Shown piece by piece: positions 11,172 through 22,400 of a DNA stretch of 64,000 bases. Location: positions 11,479,226-11,543,225 of the forward strand of contig NC_090418.1 in the NCBI RefSeq assembly GCF_036365525.1, given 5' to 3'. The notes below the pieces were generated by a model. It did no database searches. It saw only the letters and a program-made list of their open reading frames with translations, and was not told the DNA's origin. Position numbers and translations under genes: made by a program. The DNA is from Heterodontus francisci. Lineage: Eukaryota. Numbering within the stretch: the stretch's first letter is position 1; each line of letters opens with the position of its first letter.

Positions 11172-12280
11172 GTGTCACACGGGATCAGAGGTGAGCTGGC
11201 AAGATGGATACAGAACTGGCTCGGTCATAGAAGACAGAGGGTAGCAGTGGATGGGTGCTTTTCTGAATGGAGGGCTGTGACTAGTGGTGTTCCGCAGGGA
11301 TCAGTGTTGGGACCTTTGCTGTTTGTAGTTTTTATAATGATTTGGAGGAAAATGTAGCCGGTCTGATTCGTAGGTTTGCGGACGACACAAAGGTTAGTGG
11401 AGTTGCGGATAGTGATGAGGATTGTCAGAGGATACAGCAGGATATCGATCGGTTGGAGACTTGCGCGAAGAAATGGCGGATGGAATTTAATCCGGACAAA
11501 TGTGAGGTAATGCATTTTGGAAGATCTAACACAGATGGGAAGTATACAGTAAATAGCAGAACCCTTAGGAGTATTGACAGGCAGAGAGATCTGGACGTAC
11601 AGGTCCACAGGTCACCGAAAGTGGCAACGCAGATGGATAAGATAGTCAAGAAGGCATACGGCATGCTTGCCTTCATCGATCGGGGCACAGAGTATAAAAA
11701 TTGGCAAGTCATGTTGCAGCTGTACAGATCCTTAGTTAAGTCACACTTGGAATATTGCGTACAATTCTGGTCGCCACACTACCAGAAGGATGTGGAGGCT
11801 TTGGAGAGGGTACAGAAGAGGTTTACCAGGATGTTGCCTGGTCTGGAGGGCATTAGCTGGGAGGAGAGGTTGGATAAACCCGGATTGTTTTCACTGGAAC
11901 GACGGAGGTGGAGGGGCGACATGATAGAGGTTTACAAAGTTATGAGCGGCATGGACAGAGTGGATAGTCAGAAGCTTTTTCCCCCCAGGGTGGAAGAGTC
12001 AGTTACTAGGGGACATAGGTTTAAGGTGCGAGGGGCAAAGTTTAGAGGGGATGTGCGAGGCAAGTTCTTCACACAGAGGGTAGTGAGTGCCTGGAACTTG
12101 CTGCCGGGGGAGGTGGTGGAAGCAGGTGCCATAGAGAGACGTTTAAAAGGCATCTTGACAAATCCATGAATAGGATGGGAATAGAGGGATACGGTCCCTG
12201 GAAGTGGAGGATTTTAGTTTAGACAGCCATCAAGATTGGCGTAGATTTGGAGGGCCGAATGGCCTGTTTCTGTACTGTAC
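11172..12280 (+). mobile_element. CR1 LINE fragment, unit 2 paralogue (275-codon open stretch)
   Basis: Same 5' junction as unit 1; ORF 11342-12169 runs from RFADDTK to FFTQRVV. Confidence 0.92.
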
Positions 12281-13501
12281 AATTTAAGTTCAGGTTTTTT
12301 TGTTCTCAATTCCACACTACAGGGAATCATTTCCCCTTACCTACTCTACCAAATTTTTCTCATGTTAAGCACCTTGCTCAGATTACCCCTCAAATTTTTT
12401 AATTGAGGATTTTCAACTTTACTTCTAACCCCAGTATGGTCATTCCATATCATAACCACCTCAGAGTAAATGTATCCAGGAGGTTTGTTACCCAAAACTC
12501 ATCCAGATGTGCACAACCAATATTCTTTAAAACTGAAGCATCACATCCCTCCCTGTGAGAATGTAACATTCCACTATTTTGGATTGTTCTGACTCAAACC
12601 TTTGTTCTTTTACTAGATATTATTTTCCTTGCCTGGATCCAAAGTTTGTCACTTCCTGCATTGAACATCTGCTATAGTTATACCCACTCCCTCAATGTCC
12701 CTTTGCAACTTCCTTCTTCCATCTGAAACAGTGATGTCACCTGCAAACTTGGGCAAAGGAGGAGTTGTCTGTCCAATTCAGATAAGCTCAGGCACCTGAT
12801 CAGATTCTGGAGAACTGGATCATGCCAGTCAGATGATGTACTCACTTCCCACCCAACTCTTGTTGGTTGACTATGCCCTTCCAGGAAGCAGTCATTCAGA
12901 CAAAACTCTTACTGGTGACCTCCATTGAGTTTAGTCCCATATGCTTAAACCAAGCTTGCTTCCAGATCCCCTGCTTGAACAGATATTTGCTATTCCCACA
13001 ATAGACAGGCCTTAGTTAACTGGCTGGTTACAGGATTAATCTATCAATTTAACAGCTTAAAAATGTGCACAAATAAAACCAAAAATCAGCTGCACCTTGG
13101 TGCCCACTGGCTGCAGTAAACCTCAACTAGAATGTGCCCTCTCTAGGGGCTGAGCATTGCCATGGGACAGAAGGAAGCAGCCAGAGTAAATCCCAACTGG
13201 CCAAAATCAAGGAGCAGTTCCACAAGGAGGTTCAGACCTGTTCTGAACAGGGTGGAGAATAAAAAAAGGAGCCTGTGACTGAAATGCAGTTAGCAATTGA
13301 GGAGCAACCAGTTCAAAATAGAGAAGGGGCACCATTTCTTGTTCTACCTACTTAACTAAACCAGCCTCTGTCAGTAGTGGTTCAGGAGGTCTAGTTCTGC
13401 ACTTATGGAAGTTAACCCTAGTTGTTAGATAGGGGGGGAACCGATTCAACTAACATGCTCCAGTGATCAATGAACTACCACACAAGATACAAGTAATCAC
13501 T

Positions 13502-13507
13502 TTTATT
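13502..13507 (-). terminator. Polyadenylation signal AATAAA, zp3 copy 2
   Basis: Same context as copy 1. Confidence 0.8.
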
Positions 13508-13520
13508 GATCATTTGATAA

Positions 13521-16366
13521 CTAGTTGATCAGAGTTTGCTTGTGTTTCCTGTACAGGAACAAGGCGATCAATGAAGCAGAGATCAGATAGACAGCCATCA
13601 CAGTCAGGGCCACAATCAGGACCACCTCAGACTCCACACCTACAAAGCAATGAGAAACCAATGGTTAGTGAAGGAAACACTGAAGGGAAAATGGAAACTA
13701 GCAGTCAGCCAACTCACCACCTGGAGACCTCTCCTGCAGCCTTCGCTCAACCTCATTCAGGGACTCCATTGCCAGGTCAGTCACCTCAGTATCCAGAATG
13801 ACCAGGGGTCCAAGTGAGGCCTCACCCTCCCACTTCAATCCAGCTTCACTCTCTGCAATATCAAACATGCCAGTTAGAGGGGGTAAAGGGAGATCTCCCA
13901 CATCTAGAGAATCAACGTCCTACCAGCTTCAGGTACAAGATCCCTCCTTCCTCTGGAAGGAAATCGGAACTCCCTTGTGGCACCACAGTTACCCACATGG
14001 CAACAGGCACAAATGTCATTGTTGGATTCCTCCAATGGGGTCCAGCTAAACAAGAAACAGTTGATCAACCAGGTTGTCCATCACCTTTCCCTACAACACG
14101 AAGGGAGAGAAAGGGAACTTACACATTCTGCATCTTCTGGAAAGTACAAGCTTTGTTCATGGAATCTCTCCAATCCACTGGAGCAACTTTCAGGTGACAA
14201 GTAATGAAAATCTGTGGGATAAATTTCAACACAAATTATTTAGTGACTCCCTCCAAACATGGAGGGCCCAACGATCAGCTTCCTCTTACCAAGGAACGGT
14301 CATCTCCAAAGAAGCGGAAAGCATCCAGGTCAAACCGGAGCTTGTCCAGCTCACGCTCGTCTCTTGGCAACATGAAAGTTGAAAAGGAGTCCTCAGCTTT
14401 GCTGTCCAGGAGGCAACTGGAGAAAGATTCAAAAAGGGACATGAAGGGAATCAAGTGAAGCCATTGAGATGGGACCAGTTGGAGAAAGCAGAGAGCTCCT
14501 TACCCATTGTAGTCAATGATGCTGTATCTCGGGGTGGAATCCTTGTCTGGGCTCAATGTAGCTACACAGCGGTCAATGTAGAGCTTCAGGGGCATGTGGT
14601 TGGTCATTGAAACAGAGGCCTCAATGTGAATGAGGTCACCCAGGTAGTAGACAGTCGAGGTGCGCTCTGTAAGCCAGTCATCTGAAGTACAAGAGGACAA
14701 GGGTTAGAGACAGTGGGTAAGTACAGGAAATCACTCCCCATCCACCCATCACATACCATTCATTAGGCGCAGAGAGAATGACAGATGCCCTTCTCCAGAC
14801 TTGGTGGAGCTGAATGGGATCCAGGTGGGCTTGATGGGGTTACTGCTCACATTCCCCTTCCTGGAAGGAAGAGACATTTTAGGACAACTTGCATTACACT
14901 GAAAAATTCATATTAAATTCACTCAACTGTTACCTAAAATAATGACACTCAATGGGAATGACAGCTCCATTCGTTCTCACAATGACAGATCCATGATACT
15001 GGGGGGTGTGGTTCAGGTGGGTAGTGTAGACCAGGAAATCTCCAGCCATCTGAAAGACATCAGGTAAAGGATAGAGGAGTTAGTCTGAATTGGAAGATAT
15101 TCTGCTCAGTTCAGAATGAAAGACAATCTTACTGAAATAATTCCTACAAGGTAGATGCGGAGAGGCCGTTACTCCTGGCTGGAGAGTCTAAACCTAGCAG
15201 TCAGCCATTTCGGATGGAGGGCAGAAAGTTCTCCACTCAGGGGAGTGAGGATCTTCTGACCTCTCTAGCCCAGTTGTTGACTACATTCAGGACAGAATAT
15301 TCCTTTTGTGCCCAAAACCCAAAAGAGACAGAGTGGGTGGGAAAGCAGTTGATGATCATCCGTGGTATTATTCAACAGCCAAGTAGGCTCCAGAGACCAA
15401 ATCCACTTCTGCTGATGTTTATGTATTTGGAAATCATGTCATCTCAGTTAATGTAAGGAGGGCACCAATAGAAACAAGTGATTCAATGAAATTACAGCTT
15501 CATTTTAACCATTAAAAAGAAGTGAACCATAAACTGCTCATATTTGGCATAAACAGATTGGTTTTAATTTCACACCCTGTGAATTAAGAGGTGGAGTTCT
15601 CTTGTAGCAAACTGTAAATCAATTTATACTCCTTTCTCTCCCCCACAAATCTAAACTAGATAAAAATGAACATTTAATCTTCAGTCAAGCTAGACAATCT
15701 GAATGAGTGGCAAGAAAGCTGAAAATCCACAAGACAAGGATGTATAAAGAATTTGAAGAAACTATGAGAAGTTTCAAGTCCAATGGGGTTGAGATCACAA
15801 GGTTGGAGAGACTGGACAAGGAGATAATGCAAAGTACAATTCACTATTGAAAAGTCATTTGAGGTTTTATAAACTGGAGACAGATATCTCAAATATCAAT
15901 GACGTTAGAGAAACTGTTGCAAAGAGTAGGGAACAATTTACACTTGAAACTTGGAGCAAGAGTCAATGACTCACATTACCTGCAATCGACTGCCACACTC
16001 ATGGAGCCCATAGTCAAAGAGGACAGTGTGGTTCTGAGAGTAGATCCTGGTCGGCCGACAACCTGCTGTCCCCAGGGTCAGGTCAGCAGCTTTAATCAGA
16101 TGCCTGGTTCCAAATAAATCCATCTGGACCCTGACCAGCAGGTTCTGCTCTCCACACTGCACCATCACAGTCTGCAGTGGAGACACACTTCGGCCCTCAG
16201 ACACACGGAAATGGGAACCAAAGGGAGACCCAGTTGGAGGGACATGAGTGGCCTTCACAATGCTCCATGGGAAATTCCAGTTTCTAAACTGCTGAGTATC
16301 AGAACCACAAACAGCTCCAACCAAAACCAACAAAGAAAGCAAACACTTCACTAATTGCCCCATCAT
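13521..16366 (-). CDS. zp3: ZP3/ZPC-like, copy 2, 9 coding exons, 458 aa
   Basis: Exons: 16366-15980, 15049-14934, 14860-14757, 14681-14504, 14416-14290, 14211-14123, 14045-13924, 13852-13718, 13639-13521. Exon lengths equal copy 1, splice sites are intact, no stops, and ZP-module cysteines are retained. Confidence 0.95.
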
Positions 16367-16402
16367 ACCAACAACTACACTGTGATCTAGGATAGACCCC
16401 AC

Positions 16403-16543
16403 TGCTCTCCTTTTATACACACAGTCTGCAGTCAGCTGAAACAAACTGGACCAGGTGTGATTAAACTAAACCAATAAACTAGCCTCATGACATCAATTCC
16501 ATCACACAATCTTCCTGATTGGAAAGCAAAATACTGCAGGTGC
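16403..16543 (-). promoter_or_regulatory. zp3 copy 2 proximal promoter
   Basis: TATAAAA at 16411-16417 and CAGCTG at 16433-16438; same layout as copy 1. Confidence 0.68.
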
Positions 16544-17965
16544 TGGATATCAAAACAGAAAATGCTGGAAATACTCAGCAGGTCTGGCAGTATCTGTGGA
16601 GAGAGAAACAGAGTTAATGTTTCAGGTCTGTGACCATTCATCAGAACTGGGAAAAGTTAGAAATCTAATAGGTTCAGAACAGACTCTATCTTTGACTCGG
16701 TCTCAGAGTTGTCCTGTTTTGCAGTTTTATTTTATCTTCTGTCTCATCTGGCACTTTAACAAAAACCTTTTTTTCTTTCTTTTCAGGTGTGGAGGATTGC
16801 AAATGTCAACTCATAAGTACCAACCCCCTTTCTGGATCCTTCTTCCCTTTCACTTCCCTCTGATCCCCATCCTTTCCTCCGATCTCACCCCTTGCTGTCT
16901 ATTCACGATGCACTCTGACCTTTACCCTCTCTGACCCTGAACAATCTCTCCTTAGCAAAGGTCTCCGCTTCATCCCCCTTACATTCCCACCTCAATGAAG
17001 TCTGATCTCGGCATGACGCTAAGCTCTTCTTCTATCACTTTCACCTCCGTGCTTAGTCCTTTGGCCAGGAATCTTGCCCCCACCCCACACATTGAACCCT
17101 TTTACACATCTCCAGTATTGTCCAACCACCTGGAACCCTCCCTCTGGCCTCTTTCCTGCTCTTGATCTTTTCATTGAGAACTGTACGTGTGACATTGCCC
17201 GTCTCAATTTCTCCTCTCCCCTCGCTCACTCTAACCTGTCTTCCTCTGAACTTGCTACACTCTGTGACTACATGACTCTATGATCCTGTTCTCTCAGGTC
17301 TAACCCCAACGTTGTGGTCAAGCCTGCTGACAAGGGTGATGTTGGTGTCTGGCGTACCAACCTCTTCCTTGCAGAGGCTGAGCACAAACTCTCAGACACT
17401 TCTTCCAACCTCCTCCTGGACCATTGCCCCACCACCGAACATCAAGCTATTGTCTCCAGGTCTGTCATCTCCTCCAGAGATCTTCCCTCTACAGCTTCCA
17501 AACTCACAGTCCCGCAACCCCGGACAGCCCGCTTCTACCTCCTTTCCAAAATCCATACAAAAAGATTGCCCTGGTAGACCCATCATTTCAGCCTGTTCCT
17601 GCCCTACTGAAATTTTTCCTTCCTATCTTGACTCTATCTTTTCTCCCATGGTCCACTCTTTTCCCACCTACATCCATGATTCTTTGGATGGCCTACATCA
17701 TTTCGACAATTTCCAGTTTCCTGGCCCTGACTGCTTCCTCTTTACTATGGACGTCCAATCTCTCTGCACCTCCATCCCCCACAAGGACGGTCTGAGGGCT
17801 CGCTGCTTCTTCCTTGAACAGAGGCCCAACCAGACCCCATTCACAACCTCCACCCTCCTCCGCCTGGCTGAACATGTTCTCACATTGAACGACTCCTCCT
17901 TCAACTCCACTCACCTCCTCCAAATAAAAGGTGTTGCTCTGGGTCCTAGTTTTGCCAGACTTTTT
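16528..17965 (+). mobile_element. Penelope-like retroelement (degenerate RT) with inverted 5' pLTR, unit 2
   Basis: PLE RT motifs KPADKG, ARFYLLxKIH, PGRPIISACSCPTE, LFTMDVQSLCTSIPH and QIKGVALG, with frameshifts. Confidence 0.85.
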
Positions 17966-17970
17966 TATTT

Positions 17971-18160
17971 TGAGATACAGCACTGAAACAGGCCCTTCGG
18001 CCCACAGAGTCTGTGCTGGCCAACAACCACCCATTTATACTAATCCTACATTAATCCCATATTCCCTACCACATCCCCACCTTCCCTCAATTCCCTTTGG
18101 GAATTGCTGGAGCTGGAGCTGTGAGGCTGCGGTGCTAACCAAAGCGCCACTGTGCCACCC
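17971..18160 (-). mobile_element. V-SINE/HE1-like SINE with internal deletion (also ~44230-44419)
   Basis: Minus-strand head gggtggcacagtggcgc..tggttagcaccgcagcctcacagctccag, and tail gggccgaagggcctgtttcagtgctgtatctc matching 61686-61998. Confidence 0.7.
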
Positions 18161-18164
18161 ATTG

Positions 18165-18407
18165 GATATTATGCTGGTGGCCTCCCACAGGGCTGGGTGT
18201 TGCCCTGTCAAGGGCAAAATGCCGGCAGTCTTGTAAAGTGGCCTTTAATAATGGCGGGCAGCCAATCGTTTTGCAGTCCGTCGCTGGGAGAGTGCCCCAG
18301 TGGCGGGGCTGTGTTGTGGAGCTGCCCCGGTGCATCTCTCCGCTATTTTACTGGCCCCTCCCCCCGCCACCCGGCCCCGCCTCCTGGGGGACAGTAAAAT
18401 TCTGCCC
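18165..18407. mobile_element. Possible non-autonomous PIF/Harbinger-like DNA transposon end (also ~44425-44666)
   Basis: GC-rich stretch ending gtaaaattctgccc, a GGGC-type terminus; only one end recognised. Confidence 0.3.
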
Positions 18408-18459
18408 ATTGCGAGGAAAGAAAACTGCACGTCTTCTTAAAGAACCTACATTCTATTCA

Positions 18460-20605
18460 ACTGGAAGTAACACAGAAATAGGAGGAGGCCATTTGGCCCC
18501 TCGAGCCTGTTCTGCCATTCGATGAGATCATGTCTGATAGAACATAGAACATAGAAAAATACAGCACAGAACAGGCCCTTCGGCCCACGATGTTGTGCCG
18601 ATCCTTTGTCCTCTGTCAAGGACAATTTAATCTATACCCCATCATTCTCCTTTATCCATATACCTATCTAAAAGCCGTTTGAAAGTCCCTAAAGTTTCTG
18701 ACTCAACAACTTCCCCAGGCAAGGCATTCCATGCCCCGACCACTCTCTGGGTAAAGAACCTTCCCCTGACATCCCCCTTATATCTCCCACCCTTCACTTT
18801 AAATTTATGACCCCTTGTAACGCTTTGCTCCACCCGGGGAAAAAGTTTCTGACTGTCTACCCTATCTATTCCCCTGATCATCTTATAAACCTCTATCATG
18901 TCACCCCTCATCCTTCTCCGTTCTAATGAGAAGAGGCCTAGAATGTTCAGCCTTTCCTCGTAAGACTTATTCTCCATTCCAGGCAACATCCTGGTAAATC
19001 TCCTCTGCACCCTCTCCAAGGCTTCCACATCCTTCCTAAAATGAGGCGACCAGAACTGCACACAGTACTCCAAATGAGGCCTTACCAAGGTCCTGTACAG
19101 CTGCATCATCACCTCACGGCTCTTAAATTCAATCCCTCTGCTAATGAACGCTAACACCCCATATGCCTTCTTCACAGCCCTATCCACTTGAGTTGCAACT
19201 TTCAACGATCTATGCACATAGACCCCAAGGTCTCTCTGCTCCTCCACATGCCCAAGAACCCTACCGTTAACCCAGTATTTTGCATTCGTGTTTGTCCTTC
19301 CAAAATGGACGACCTCACACTTTTCAGGGTTAAACTCCATCTGCCACTTTTCAGCCCAGCACTGCAACCTATCCAAGTCCCTTTGCAGACGACAATAGCC
19401 CTCCTCGGTATCCACAACTCCACCAACCTTTGTATCATCTGCAAATTTACTGACCCACCCTTCGACTTCCTCATCCAAGTCGTTAATAAAAATCACAAAC
19501 AGGAGAGGACCCAGAACTGATCCCTGTGGCACGCCACTGGTAACTGGGCTCCAGGCTGAGTATTTACCATCTAAGACCACTCTCTGCCTTCTATCAGTTA
19601 GCCAATTCTTAATCCAACTGGCCACATTCCCCACTATCCCATGCCTCCTGACTTTCTCTATAAGTCTACCATGGGGGACCTTATCAAATGCCTTACTAAA
19701 ATCCATGTACACCACATCCACTGGTTTACCCTCATCCACTTGCTTGGTCACCTGCTCAAAGAATTCAATCAGGCTTGTGAGGCAAGACCTACCCCTCACA
19801 AAACCGTGCTGACTGTCCCGAATCAAGCAGTGTCTTTCCAGATGCTCAGAAATCCTATCCCTCAGCACCTTTTCCATCAACTTGCCTACCACCGAAGTAA
19901 GACTAACTGGCCTGTAATTCCCAGGGTTGTTCCTATTCCCTTTCTTGAACAGGGGCACAACATTTGCCACCCTCCAATCACCTGGTACCACCCCCGTCAA
20001 CAGAGAAGATGAAAAGATCATTGCCAGCGGCTCTGCAATTTCATCCCTTGCTTCCCATAACATCCTTGGATATACCCCGTCAGGCCCGGGAGACTTGTCT
20101 ATCTTCAAGTTATTCAAAAACCCCAACACATCTTCCCTCCTAACGAGCACTTCCTCGAGCTTACCAGTCTGTTTCACACCGTCCTCTTCAGTAATACACC
20201 CCTTCTCATTCGTAAATACCGAAGAGAAGTACTCATTCAAAACCTCACTTATCTCTTCCGGCTCAACACACAGTCTCCCGCTATTGTCCTTGACCGGACC
20301 TACGGTCCCCCTAGTCATCCTCATATTTCTGACATACGCGTAAAAGGCCTTGGGGTTTTCTTTTATCCTACCCGCCAAGCATTTTTCATGCCCTCTCTTA
20401 GCTCTCCTAATCCCATATACCCACCGTTCCCCCACATCCCTAAAAATCTATCAATCTCAGAGTTACAATTAACAATTGATTCAGCGTCAATTGTCTTTTG
20501 TGGAAGAGAGTTCCAAACTTCTCCCACCCTTTGTGTGTAGAAGTGTTTCCTAATTTCACTCCTGAAAGGTCTGGCTCTAATTTTGAAACTATGCTCCCTA
20601 AATTT
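18460..20605 (-). mobile_element. Old CR1 3' end hosting the young CR1 insertion (uninterrupted at ~44720-45005)
   Basis: RPFRSEIRKHFYTQRVGEVWNSLPQ at 20363-20611; 3' UTR at 18460-18538. Confidence 0.75.
18539..20411 (-). mobile_element. Young 5'-truncated CR1 LINE with uninterrupted RT frame (~590 codons), unit 2 only
   Basis: ORF 18642-20435 with [44 protein letters not shown] and RPHLEYC, no stops; (TTCTATG)n tail; empty site at ~44790-44815. No endonuclease domain or genuine ATG, so not autonomous. Confidence 0.96.
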
Positions 20606-20659
20606 AATCACACTTTACAACTTCAAAGAAATGCAGCCTTATATTTTATTCATTGCTAT

Positions 20660-20870
20660 GATAAACAACAACATTGTATTTATATAGCGCCTTTAATGTA
20701 GTAAAACATCCCAAGGTGCTTTGCAGGAGCATTACCGAACAAAATCTGACGCCAAGCCACATAAGGAGATATTAGGGACAGTCGACCAAAAGCTCGGGTC
20801 AAAGAGGTCGGTTTTAAGGAGCGTCTTAAAGGAGGAGAGAGAGAGAGGCGGAGAGGTTTAGGGAAGGAAT
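20660..20870 (-). mobile_element. L2 3' end (also ~45060-45270)
   Basis: aacaacaacattgtatttatatagcgccttt...ggtcaaagaggtcggttttaagg is the reverse complement of the L2 tail. Confidence 0.7.
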
Positions 20871-20894
20871 TCTTAGAAACTTAGAATATAATAA

Positions 20895-22400
20895 TCGGAT
20901 TGGGCAGACTTATGAAAGGAAAATCATGTTTGAAAAAGCTGTTGGAGTTTTTTGAGGATGTAACTGACAGAATAGATAAGGGGGAACCAGTGGATTTGGT
21001 ATGTTTAGATTTTCAGAAGGCTTTTGAAAAGGTCCCACACAGGAGATTAGTAAGCAAAATTAGAACACATGGGATTGGGGGTAATATACTGGCATGGATT
21101 GAGAATTGGTTAACGTACAGAAAACAGAGAGTAGGAATAAATGGGTCATTCTCAGGTTGGCAGGCTGTGACTAGTCGGGTACCACAAGGATCAGTGCTTG
21201 GGCCCCAGCTATTCAGAATCTCTATCAATGATTTGGAAGTGGGGACCAAATGTAACCTTTCCAAGTTTGCTGATGATACAGAACTAGGTGGGACTGTGAG
21301 TTGTGAGGAGGATGCAAAGAGGCTTCAGGGGGATTTAGACAGACTAAGTGAGTGGGCAAGAACAAGGCAGATGGAATATAATGTGGAAAAATGTGAAGTT
21401 ATCCATTTTGGTAAGCAAAACAGAAATGCAGAGTATTTCTTAAATAGTGAGAGTTTGGGAAGTGTTGATGTACAAGGGGACCTGGGTGTCCTTGTTCACA
21501 AGTCACTGAAAGCTAACATGCAGGTACAGTAAGCAATTAGGAAGGCAAATGGGATGTTGGCCTTTATTGCAAGAGGATTTGAGTCCAGGAGTAAAGAGGT
21601 CTTGCTGCAATTGTATCGACTCTTGGTGAGACTGCACCTGGACTATTGTGTACAGTTTTGGTCTCCTTGCCTAAGGAAGGATATACTTGCCATAGAGGGA
21701 GTGCAACGGAGGTTCACCAGACTGATCCCTGGGATGGTGGGATTGTCCAATGAGACTTGTCGAAGAGACTTAGTAGTTGGCAGGAAAAAAGACAGAGGCG
21801 CAAGGGGAGAGCCAACTGTGCAACAGCCCCAACAAACAAATTTCTCTGCAGCACCTGTGGAAGAGCCTGTCACTCCAGAATTGGCCTTTATAGCCACTCC
21901 AGGCGCTGCTTCACAAACCACTGACCACCTCCAGGCGCGTATCCATTGTCCCTCGAGATAAGGAGGCCCAAAGAAGAAGAAGAAGAACAAAGAAGAGGGA
22001 GTGCAACGGAGGTTCACCAGACTGATCCCTGGGATGGTGGGATTGTCCAATGAGGAGAGATTGTGGAGACTGGGCCTGTATTCTCTCGCGTTTCGAAGAA
22101 CGAAAGGTGATCTCATTGAAAGTTCCAAAATTCTGACAGGGCTCGACAAGGTTGATATCGGAAGGATGTTTCCCCTGGCTGGGGGATCCTAGAACCAGGG
22201 GACACAGTCTCAGAATAAGGACCAGGCCATTTAGGACTGAGATGAGGAGGAATTTCTTCACTCAGAGGCTGGTGAATCTGTGGAATTCTCTACCCCAGAG
22301 AGCTGTGGAAGCTCAATCATTGAGTATATTCAAGACTGAGTTCGATAGATTTCTAGATATTAAAGATATCAAGGGATATGGGGATAGTGCAGGGAAGTGG
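20895..22400 (+). mobile_element. Disrupted CR1 LINE (RT to 3' end), unit 2, interrupted by an RTE
   Basis: [20 protein letters not shown] and KFADDT motifs; stop after MQVQ. Confidence 0.92.
21755..21993 (+). mobile_element. RTE-clade LINE 3' end (239 bp) with (AAG)n tail and 61-bp target-site duplication
   Basis: One frame encodes CSTCGRACHSRIGLYSHSRRC* (RTE C-terminal Cys/His motif); tail aagaagaagaagaag; direct repeats at 21694-21754 and 21994-22054. Confidence 0.85.

Noticed and set aside
18642-20435. 597-aa ORF as a host gene or autonomous LINE
   Set aside because: It is a 5'-truncated CR1 ORF2. The first residues come from flanking DNA with a GTG start, and there is no endonuclease or ORF1.
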